From assembly GCA_051382295.1 (NCBI GenBank), contig JBBCAW010000003.1, positions 1-64,000 on the forward strand: a stretch of 64,000 bases of DNA. The letters run 5' to 3'. A model generated the notes under the pieces. The model saw nothing but the letters and a program-made list of their open reading frames with translations. It was not told the DNA's origin and searched no databases. Both the position numbers and the translations under genes were made by a program. Position 1 is the first letter of the stretch; every line of letters starts with the position of its first letter. Origin of the DNA: Bdellovibrionota bacterium FG-1 (GTDB lineage Bacteria > Bdellovibrionota > UBA1018). Positions 1-7,775 of this stretch are shown here, piece after piece.

Positions 1-103
1 GTATCATTTCGAACTTTACTGGGACTTGGAACTCTCCGGCCTGGATTAACCTATCGAGAAGTCTACAGCGTTGCGCGCAGCGCGAAATCTTCAAAAACAT
101 CAA

Positions 104-421
104 TTAAGTGACAACCGGATAAGCAGGAAAAAAACTCTGCGTCTTGGCTGCAACGCAAAGAGAGAGGCTGCCATCCTCGATCTTACTCTCCATTTCTGGC
201 AAAATTTTGAGTAGCCGCATGGACTGAATGCGGCGATGAGCGGAGCCAGAAGAGTATCCCAAGGCTTGTGTCGCAAACTCGAATAAGGATGGATAGCCCA
301 TCTCAAGATAATGTCCGTCGCGCTCCACTTCGCGGAGCAGATGCAGCACCTTGAGCTGACACTTCCGTTCTTCTGCGACTTCGTTTTTGATCTCAGCTAA
401 GACGATTTGGTGATTTCTCAT
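104..421 (-). pseudogene. Truncated N-terminal part of a DUF222-like/HNH endonuclease-type protein of the kind common in Bdellovibrionota
   Basis: Translation ...VLHLLREVERDGHYLEMGYPSLFEFATQALGYSSGSAHRRIQSMRLLKILPEMESKIEDGSLSL resembles that family's N-terminus; it stops after ~105 aa with no HNH domain. Confidence 0.6.
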
Positions 422-599
422 AGATGAGATGTCTGTAGCATAGGTTTTTTTAGAGCCATTTTTGCGAGGTCGACTGAGCACCAAAAAGATCGCCCCATAA
501 AGCATTAAAAGCCCATTATTGGGCAAGTGGGTGGGGTTTTCGTCAAGGACAAAATCAGGGCATCTGTTTTAAAAGGATGGACCTCAGTGTTCACAAAAA

Positions 600-915
600 T
601 GGAATGCACCTTACCCCTTGCAGGGGCAGAGATCGTCGTTTACAGGGCATTTAATGAGGAGTTTTTTTGGAGAACATCGACAAACAGCGCTGTGACTCGC
701 TCGTGCACGCAAGCTCCGACGGCCGTCTCCGGTACGTGCTGCAAGAGCCCCAAACTCCGGCGTTACTGGAGAGAAAAAAAGAAGCTCATGACCGGGATCG
801 GCTCGGTCCCACACGAGTGCAGCCAGGAGTTTCAAAAGCTCGCGTCCGAGACTGTCGTCCAGCAAAGCTTCAGACGAAGTTGCAAGCATCTTACGCAGAT
901 CGGTGGCATTCAAAT
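600..915 (+). pseudogene. Possible transposase remnant (ISLre2/ISKra4-like)
   Basis: Frame 527..1087 contains RYWREKKKLMTGIGSV and FQKLASETVVQQSFRRSCKHLTQIGGIQI, loosely reminiscent of such transposases; no catalytic motif seen. Confidence 0.25.
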
Positions 916-3900
916 CAAACGCACGAAGCTTTTTTTACGTCCGTTTGCGCGAGGTGGCCCCTCAAAATGCCTAGAATTTCGGATCCGTATTGGGCAACCA
1001 CCTTTCGGCTTAGGCCTGACACCTCAAATAGATCATTCTCAGTACGAGGCTCTCGCTCGCAGAGAGCGTACAAAACTCGATCAGTGAGGATGCGAAAAGC
1101 GGGGATCCCTTTGCGCCTAGCCTGCTCAAGACGCCAGGCCCGTAGCTTTTCAAAGCCACCTGAGCTTGCCGAGGTTTTTCTGCCTGTCTTTTTTCGGTCG
1201 ACGGGGATTTTCTTTCTTGTTCTCGGTTTGGCTGACTTGGGCGAGGCTCCGCCGTACCCGCTCATTTTAAGCGACGAAAGCTCCTGATGAGAGGCTCTTC
1301 TTCCGGCATCTTTCAACGAGAGCTTGCGGTACTGAATGGATTTCCCATCCTTCTCGAAGGACTCCTCGCGGCTTTCAATCCAACCCGCTCGTTCAAGAAT
1401 CGTTACCAGCTTCTCAAAGAAGCTCCGATCGAGCGGAGGCTTGGATTGAGAAAATTCTTGAAAGAGCCTCCCTGCGGCTTGATGATTTTGGCCTTCGAGG
1501 CTTGCCATCATGCGAGCCACCCACTGCTGTTCGATGGTGGACAGGGTCCGGGTGGTTTGTAGCGCTCCACCTGAGCCGGGCTTGCACACGTCGCAGATCC
1601 CGCAGCTCTTCCCGTCGTCTTTACGATCTCCGAAGTGGGTAACGAGATCGACCATCCGACATCGAGATGAAGTCGTGAGCCGCATCATTTGGGTGATCTG
1701 CTTTTGCCGCTGCTCGCGCTGAGCGACGTAAGCCTTCTCCCAGTCTAAATCACCTTTCGTCATATTTTCTTCAGGATCAACGAGTACGCCGCGATTGATC
1801 CATAATTTCTCAAGTGATCGCTCAAAGGTCGCAAGATCCAAGGAGCGAAGCTTTCTTCGGACGATCTCCTTGGCTTTGGGTTCGGGGCCCAGTTCTTGAA
1901 AAATCGACCGGAGCTTGGCTACATCCGGGTAGTTCATTTCCAAAAAGAACTCGTGGGTTTTGAGATCCGCATAAGAGTGGAAAAGGTACGCTTCCGAGGG
2001 CAGCCCATCACGACCGGCGCGCCCAATCTCCTGGTAGTATCCTTCGATGCTGCCGGGGACCGCCGCGTGAATCACGGTGCGGACGTTGGATTTATCAATC
2101 CCCATGCCAAAGGCCACGGTTGCGACAATGACATCCAGCTTTCCGTCCAGGTATTTGGACTGCACGCTGTCGCGGGCCTTGGGCGACATTCCCGCATGGT
2201 AACGGTCTGCCTTAAACTCACTTGAAAGCGACTCTTGGATCTCTTCCGCCTTTTTTCGAGTAGGCGCGTAAACGATTGCGGGCAATCGATCAGCCCCTTT
2301 GAGTAGCGTTGCGATTGCGTGAATCCTCTCCCCGGGGGGAAGCTCGATGATGCAAATCCCGATATTGTGGCGCCTAAAACCCTGAATGAACCTTTCTTCG
2401 TTTCTGAGCCCAAGTTGCCGACAAATGTCCTCTTGAACGATGGGAGTCGCCGTCGCGGTCAGCGCCACCACCGGGGCGGGCCGAAGTTCTTTCAGGCGCT
2501 CCCCCAAGAGTCGATAGTCGGGCCTAAAGTCATGGCCCCACTGCGAGATGCAGTGCGCTTCGTCGATGGCAACCAAAGTCGGCGGCCTACGTTTAAGAAG
2601 CGCCGGAAACCCGGGCACACCGAGTCTTTCGGGAGCAATGAAGAGAAAATCCAATCCTCCTGCAAGATAGCTTTGGCAGACGCGCCGGGAGTCCTCGCGC
2701 TTACAACCCGAATGGATCCGCTCCGCCGAAAAGCCCAACTTCTTGAGCTTAGCCACCTGGTCCTCGATGAGGGCAAGGAGCGGACTAACAACGAGCGTCG
2801 TCCCGCCTCGTGCAATGCCCGGGATCTGATAGCAAATCGACTTTCCGGCGCCCGTGGGCATGACCAGCAATACGTCGCGGCCTTCGGTAACGGATCGGCA
2901 CACGCTTTCCTGGGCCTCCCTGAATGCCTCAAAACCAAAGTGTTTTTTGAGCAGAGCCGGGAGCTGATTCGGTGGAGTGGCCTTTCGGGGTGAAGGTGGA
3001 GAGGGGGCAGAGAGTGGGGACGCGCACTTGATCTCAACTACACGGGCCGATAGTTCGGCTTCGAGTTCCGCTAAGAACTCGCGCAGCGTACGCTTTCCAG
3101 CTTGGATCTCCGCTAACTTCATCTCCCAGCGGGCCGTCAGCTCTGGACTTTTGAGTGCGGGATGAACCGTCTCGATCAATCGATGGCCAAGTGGAGTGGC
3201 CAAAAGCGACTTTCCCTCACGCTCCAAATAGCCGCGGGTCAAGAGCGCTTCGATGATTCCCGCGCGAGTCGCTGCTGTTCCCAGGCCTGAATCACTCATC
3301 GCCAACGCCAGTTCGCGCTCCTCCAAGGTTCGGCCTGCCGTCTCCATGCCTGTCAGAAGGGTGGCGTCGGTGAGTCTTGCGGGCGGCTCGGTGCTCTTGG
3401 GGAGGGCCTCGACTGAAACCACCTTCACGCTCACCCCGGTATTTAGGCCGCTGGGGAGAACAGGCTCAAGGGCTTGTTCTTTGCCCTTCAGATCAAGCGT
3501 CTTCCATCCCAAGGTTTGGATAGTGGTCCCCTGTGTTTTGAAGAGATCCCGGCTGCCTACTTCAGTGATCACGGTCGTGACCCGAGTGACGTAATCCGGC
3601 TGCCAAGCCGACAGAAGCCTCCGGCAAATCAGGTCATAGATCTTGCGCTCTCCATCCGGGAGGCTCGACGGTGAACACCGATGCGAGGTCGGAATCAAAG
3701 CATGGTGCTCGGTCACCTGGGCGTCGTCCACAAAACGTCGGTTGAGCTGCGCTCGTCCCGTCGCTTCGACAAGGAATGGATCATAAGGCGCACGAATGGC
3801 ATCCACGACTTCGGGCAAAGTTTGGGCAACGCTGCTTGAAAGATATCGGCTCTCCGTCCGGGGATAGCTGATCAGCTTGTGCTTTTCGTAAAGACTTTGA

Positions 3901-4832
3901 GCGATTTCCAGGGTGCGAGCCGCAGAGAAACCAAAAATGCGATTAGCATGCCGTTGGAGTTCAGTTAGATTGTACAAAAGCGGGGGCGGTTGCTGAACCG
4001 TTTTGCCCTCATGCGCGGCGACGCGAGCCAAGCCCCGGCGAATGCGCTCCAGGACCGGCTCCACCTTCTCTGGGCTCTGAGAAAGGCGCTTAGGTTGAGC
4101 TGACTGGGGTTGATCCACTTCGCTGACTTCGCCCAGATAGCCACCTGAGTAGGGCCCGCCTGGGCTCTCAAACCGACCCTCGATCACGAGATAGTGCTCG
4201 GACTTAAATTCCAGGATTTGGCGGTCCCTCAATACCACCATCGCTAGCGTGGGGGTTTGAACCCGGCCTACGAAAAGGGGCTCTTGGGTGGTCAAGGCAT
4301 ACGCGCGCGAGTAATTCATCCCGACCAACCAATCAGCTTGGCATCTTCCACGAGCCGCATCCGCGAGCGCGTCAAGCTCCCGCGACGGACGCAGTGAACG
4401 CAGTCCGGCTTGGATCGCGTCCTGGGTGAGCGACGAGATCCAAAGACGTCTCACTGGCTTTTTGCAGTTCACGACCTCATAAATGTAGCGAAAAATCAGC
4501 TCCCCTTCGCGGCCCGCATCGGTTGCGCAGATGATGTCTTGGCACTCTTGGATGAGTTTGCGAACGATTTGAAACTGCGGCTCTGTTTGTGGGATCACCG
4601 CTAGGGGCCAGTGCGTGGGCAGCAAAGGCAGGTCTTGAAGGTTCCATGTCTTCCATTGTGATTGGATTTGATGGGGCTCGGGAAGTGTGACCAGATGACC
4701 AATCGCCCAGCTCACCGTGTAGCCGTTTCCATGAAAGAAGCCATTGCCCCGCTGGGTGGCCTTTACGGCTAGAGCCAGATCCCGACCAACTGAGGGTTTT
4801 TCGGCAAGTATGAGGGTGTTGCGAGGTGCCAT
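915..4832 (-). CDS. DNA topoisomerase III (type IA) - RecQ helicase fusion with C-terminal Zn/RQC and HRDC domains
   Basis: One ORF. Toprim AEKPS and ATDAGREGE, catalytic LISYPRTES; Pro-rich linker; RecQ motifs MPTGAGKS, DEAHCISQWGHDFRP, TATA, QEIGRAGRDG; CR..CGICDVC; HRDC-like LRAWRLEQARRKGIPAFRIL. Start placed at ATG 4832. Confidence 0.93.
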   Translation of the reverse strand: MAPRNTLILAEKPSVGRDLALAVKATQRGNGFFHGNGYTVSWAIGHLVTLPEPHQIQSQWKTWNLQDLPLLPTHWPLAVIPQTEPQFQIVRKLIQECQDIICATDAGREGELIFRYIYEVVNCKKPVRRLWISSLTQDAIQAGLRSLRPSRELDALADAARGRCQADWLVGMNYSRAYALTTQEPLFVGRVQTPTLAMVVLRDRQILEFKSEHYLVIEGRFESPGGPYSGGYLGEVSEVDQPQSAQPKRLSQSPEKVEPVLERIRRGLARVAAHEGKTVQQPPPLLYNLTELQRHANRIFGFSAARTLEIAQSLYEKHKLISYPRTESRYLSSSVAQTLPEVVDAIRAPYDPFLVEATGRAQLNRRFVDDAQVTEHHALIPTSHRCSPSSLPDGERKIYDLICRRLLSAWQPDYVTRVTTVITEVGSRDLFKTQGTTIQTLGWKTLDLKGKEQALEPVLPSGLNTGVSVKVVSVEALPKSTEPPARLTDATLLTGMETAGRTLEERELALAMSDSGLGTAATRAGIIEALLTRGYLEREGKSLLATPLGHRLIETVHPALKSPELTARWEMKLAEIQAGKRTLREFLAELEAELSARVVEIKCASPLSAPSPPSPRKATPPNQLPALLKKHFGFEAFREAQESVCRSVTEGRDVLLVMPTGAGKSICYQIPGIARGGTTLVVSPLLALIEDQVAKLKKLGFSAERIHSGCKREDSRRVCQSYLAGGLDFLFIAPERLGVPGFPALLKRRPPTLVAIDEAHCISQWGHDFRPDYRLLGERLKELRPAPVVALTATATPIVQEDICRQLGLRNEERFIQGFRRHNIGICIIELPPGERIHAIATLLKGADRLPAIVYAPTRKKAEEIQESLSSEFKADRYHAGMSPKARDSVQSKYLDGKLDVIVATVAFGMGIDKSNVRTVIHAAVPGSIEGYYQEIGRAGRDGLPSEAYLFHSYADLKTHEFFLEMNYPDVAKLRSIFQELGPEPKAKEIVRRKLRSLDLATFERSLEKLWINRGVLVDPEENMTKGDLDWEKAYVAQREQRQKQITQMMRLTTSSRCRMVDLVTHFGDRKDDGKSCGICDVCKPGSGGALQTTRTLSTIEQQWVARMMASLEGQNHQAAGRLFQEFSQSKPPLDRSFFEKLVTILERAGWIESREESFEKDGKSIQYRKLSLKDAGRRASHQELSSLKMSGYGGASPKSAKPRTRKKIPVDRKKTGRKTSASSGGFEKLRAWRLEQARRKGIPAFRILTDRVLYALCEREPRTENDLFEVSGLSRKVVAQYGSEILGILRGHLAQTDVKKASCV

Positions 4833-5018
4833 GGAGTGCGTGAAATTCCCTCGACTTGAGCGCAAATGCAAGGCTGAAACCGCCGTAGAGAACGCGTAAT
4901 TAAGTACTAACGCCGATTATCAGGAAGTTCGGACGTTTTTCTTCGCGGTCGCGGGTATACGCCACGATTTTCCTACGGCTGAAATAGGTGGAAAGACCAA
5001 CTTCGGCTCCAATCAGAT

Positions 5019-5129
5019 CTACTCGTCGGCGATCACGTTGAGGCCATTTACCTGGAGAAAAACCGACGCGGTCAAAGCAGCGATCCGCTTATTGATGTCA
5101 CCAGCCTGCGCGTTAACTTGAAATCCCAT
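5019..5129 (-). pseudogene. Fragment of a Fic/Doc (death-on-curing) toxin
   Basis: Hand translation MGFQVNAQAGDINKRIAALTASVFLQVNGLNVIADE* matches the post-motif helix of Doc (HPFxDGNKRTA...FL..NG) but lacks HPF. Confidence 0.55.
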
Positions 5130-5220
5130 CCTTAATGGTCACGGGCCTCGACCGTCATTTTTTGTCTACGCCTGTCAACGATGATCAAGAAGCTCACAAA
5201 TTCAGCCGGTTAGATGCCCT

Positions 5221-5249
5221 TTGACACCACAACCTTTAGGTTGTATCCT
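5221..5249 (+). promoter_or_regulatory. Sigma-70 promoter of hicAB with an overlapping palindromic operator
   Basis: TTGACA (5221-26), 17 bp, TATCCT (5244-49); the inverted repeat ACAACCT-tt-AGGTTGT (5229-5244) lies in the spacer. Confidence 0.75.
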
Positions 5250-5257
5250 CTTTGTGT

Positions 5258-5449
5258 ATGCCCCTAAGTGGAAAACAGCTTGTACGGCTTCTTGAGGAAA
5301 ACGGCTGGGTATTGGTGCGAATCAATGGGAGCCACCACATTCTCGTAAAAGGGCCAGACTCAGTGTCAGTCCCAGTTCATGGCAACCACTCGCTTGGTAC
5401 AGGATTGGAACGTAAGATATTGAAGAAAGCAGGGTTAAAGAAATTATGA
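5258..5449 (+). CDS. hicA: HicA family mRNA interferase toxin
   Basis: 63 aa, LEENGWVLVRINGSHHILVK..VSVPVHG..LGTGL..ILK, the typical HicA pattern. Confidence 0.9.
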   Translation: MPLSGKQLVRLLEENGWVLVRINGSHHILVKGPDSVSVPVHGNHSLGTGLERKILKKAGLKKL

Positions 5450-5874
5450 TGCGTTATTGGGCGAAGATCAAACAGCAGAAAGATAAATCATACCTCGTGG
5501 AGTTTCCGGAACTGAGTGGCTGCCTAACTGAGGGCGCCTCCCTTGATGAGGCGTTGGATTGCGCCAAGGAGGCACTGGACGGATGGCTTGCCGCGCGTTG
5601 TGATCGGGAACTAAATATACCCAAGGCAGTGAAGCGCAAAGGCCGTGGTTACTATGGCATTGAAGTCAGCTTGACGGTTGCCTTTGTCATCCGGCTTCGT
5701 CGGCTTCGCAAGAAATGTGGCTTGTCGCAAACAGAGGTGGCAAAACGGCTCGATATCAGCCAGCAGGCCTATGCGAAGATTGAAACGCCACTTAAAACAA
5801 ATCCATCCCTTCAGACGATCCAGCGTATTTCGGTAGCACTTGACGCTGACGTTGATTCCCTTCTCGTGGCTTGA
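5446..5874 (+). CDS. hicB: HicB family antitoxin with C-terminal XRE HTH
   Basis: YLVEFPELSGCLTEGASLDEALDCAKEAL plus HTH LSQTEVAKRLDISQQAYAKIE; overlaps the hicA stop. Confidence 0.9.
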   Translation: MMRYWAKIKQQKDKSYLVEFPELSGCLTEGASLDEALDCAKEALDGWLAARCDRELNIPKAVKRKGRGYYGIEVSLTVAFVIRLRRLRKKCGLSQTEVAKRLDISQQAYAKIETPLKTNPSLQTIQRISVALDADVDSLLVA

Positions 5875-5879
5875 AAGGC

Positions 5880-6533
5880 TCACCTTTTCGTCCGCAATTT
5901 TTTCGGATTTTCCGCGATCATGTGGTCGCGTAGATTGTCGGTCGGGCGCTCAAGACCCTTGTGTTCTTTGTATTGGGCTGGGGTCATTCCAAAAGTGGCT
6001 TTGCTGATTTCAGCGGTGAGGATGGAGTACTCAGTCTGCTCTTTGACCCCGCGCCTCTTCCATTCTTTGGTGAGTTCGTCGCGGATGGCGATTCCACGCA
6101 CACGTTTTTCGATCCATTCGTCGCTGTAACCCTTTGCTTTGTAGATCTCACGCATCCGCTTCCCGGCAAGTTCTGGGTTTTCGATTTCCTCGAGGCGCTC
6201 ATATCCGACTTTTGCTAACCAGCGTTTGAAGGGTTCGGCTTTGGGAGATGGAATGGATTGAATGATTCGAAGTATGCTCTCCGTTGAGGCACAGTCGGTT
6301 TCGTACTTTTTTCCGTCAGACGACTTTAGTTTCAGTTGTACGATTTTCTCGTACAACTCAGAAAATCCCTCGGTTGTTGAAAGCTGAATTTTGAGATCGG
6401 ACCAATAGCGGCGAGGGTTGGTACTTTCGGTTAACACGGCGATTGTGTCGACAACCGAAAAATACCATTGCTTTTCGTCCTCGTTCCAAAGAGCCCGAAC
6501 CTGCTTCGATTCGAATAGTTTGATATTGCTCAT
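5880..6533 (-). CDS. Bro-N domain / phage antirepressor-like protein, probably C-terminally shortened
   Basis: VRALWNEDEKQWYFSVVD..NPRRYWSDLK..IQSIPSPKAEPFKRWLAKVG; ends soon after NLRDHM, where homologues usually continue. Confidence 0.8.
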   Translation of the reverse strand: MSNIKLFESKQVRALWNEDEKQWYFSVVDTIAVLTESTNPRRYWSDLKIQLSTTEGFSELYEKIVQLKLKSSDGKKYETDCASTESILRIIQSIPSPKAEPFKRWLAKVGYERLEEIENPELAGKRMREIYKAKGYSDEWIEKRVRGIAIRDELTKEWKRRGVKEQTEYSILTAEISKATFGMTPAQYKEHKGLERPTDNLRDHMIAENPKKLRTKR

Positions 6534-6825
6534 CTGGAATAATCTTCTATCTGAAGCTCGTGGATATGCAATAATATAATTAAAACAATGGGTTGGAGTC
6601 CGACTTCCGGACTCTGTGCTTCATGTTTTCGTGGTTCGATCCGGTCAGGGACGATGCATAAAGCGCCACCAGCGCCGCTGCTAAATGGTGAATTTCATTA
6701 GATCGGCAATTTCCATATTAGTAGATTATTGGGTGGAGCCTCGCATCCGCTTATCGACTTTTTTTCGTTGATAACCCCGTTAAGTTCCCTAACGGGCTGG
6801 CCTCGCTTTCTTACGCCAGAATCTG

Positions 6826-6836
6826 TGGTGGACCCG
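6826..6836 (-). repeat. 11-bp direct copy of the tRNA-Ala 3' end (att-like)
   Basis: TGGTGGACCCG at 6826-6836 is identical to 7642-7652. Confidence 0.6.
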
Positions 6837-7032
6837 CGCAGCCATACTTTCAAGCAATGGCCCGATCACCTCGGTTGGTAGCCTGCCCAATAGATGGCGC
6901 CTGAGCAGCAGACCGCAACCAATCTCCGCGCCTTAGGCATAAGGACAGGATCCGGACCGCTATCCGTAACAAGAATAGCTGCGGCCTCAACGGCGGATGG
7001 CCGCGAACCTACCGAATCGGGGTTCCCGATCT

Positions 7033-7344
7033 CTAGGCGGCCCAGTCCTCGTCAGAGGCAGACCTGAAAACGAGCTGTAGTTTCCCGCCGCAAGCTTCCG
7101 TGATTTTGCGCAGTGTGCGGACTTCGTAACGATCGTATTCCGCATTTTCGTACCGGCAGATTGCCGACGCGGTGGTTCCGACCTTCTTGGCGACATCGGC
7201 TTGCGTAAGCTGAGCGGCAAGCCTCATGCGGACAAGTTGCTCGCCAATCGAGAGCCTTTCGCTCTCTTCTTCAACGGTCTTCTTGAATGACGGATTTTCG
7301 AGCTTCTTATCAACCCAACTCTTAAATTTTTTCGCGTTTTTCAT
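7033..7344 (-). CDS. XRE-family HTH antitoxin (HigA-like)
   Basis: LTQADVAKKVGTTASAICRYE..TLRKITEACG; ATGA overlap with the upstream toxin remnant. Confidence 0.85.
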   Translation of the reverse strand: MKNAKKFKSWVDKKLENPSFKKTVEEESERLSIGEQLVRMRLAAQLTQADVAKKVGTTASAICRYENAEYDRYEVRTLRKITEACGGKLQLVFRSASDEDWAA

Positions 7345-7475
7345 CGTCCACTCCTCGATTCGAATTCTTTTTTGAGCGTCTCGGCTAGCGCCTCCCCGGA
7401 GTTCTTGACATAGAATTCGATCGCAAAAATCGATCCTTGGTAAGCAATCCTTGTAGTCTCAGGTGTTTTTGCCAT
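7341..7475 (-). pseudogene. RelE/HigB (Gp49-like) toxin with an in-frame internal deletion
   Basis: Hand translation MAKTPETTRIAYQGSIFAIEFYVKNSGEALAETLKKEFESRSGR* (44 aa): toxin-like N- and C-termini with the core missing. Confidence 0.6.
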
Positions 7476-7493
7476 GTTGCCGCCTAGGAAGAG

Positions 7494-7521
7494 ATATTAG
7501 CATATACGCTAATACGGTCAA
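7494..7521 (-). promoter_or_regulatory. Promoter/operator of the toxin-antitoxin remnant
   Basis: Minus strand TTGACC-16bp-TAATAT, overlapped by the palindrome TATTAGC-N6-GCTAATA (7495-7514). Confidence 0.6.
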
Positions 7522-7641
7522 GTGCCACTCGAAATTGGTTCTTTGCCTCGACGCTTAAGAAAAGTTGACCCATGCGCGGGGTCCGGCAATGGATGAAGGG
7601 GTGTTGATCTTCTGTGTAACCTGTTGATATTATAGAGATTT

Positions 7642-7717
7642 TGGTGGACCCGAACGGAGTCGAACCGATGACATCGTGCTTGCAAAGCACGCGCTCTACC
7701 AGCTGAGCTACGGGCCC
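7642..7717 (-). tRNA. tRNA-Ala (TGC)
   Basis: GGGCCCGTAGCTCAGCTGGTAGAGCG..TTTGCAA..GGTTCGACTCC..GGGTCCACCA; 76 nt, G3:U70, encoded CCA. Confidence 0.97.
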
Positions 7718-7775
7718 ACCTACTTGAAGAGGTTCTTACTTAAGGGATAATCGTCCAGGGATCAAGTAGATCTTT

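Noticed and set aside
1..111. Open + frame ending at TGA 109-111, possibly the 3' end of an upstream gene
   Set aside because: Only 36 codons with no recognisable motif; cannot be supported from this window
611..913. 100-aa minus-strand ORF directly after the Top3-RecQ stop
   Set aside because: No recognisable motif or RBS; three overlapping frames compete and none can be supported as an intact gene
915..4832. Reverse gyrase
   Set aside because: Domain order is topoisomerase then helicase, and the helicase is RecQ-type with HRDC
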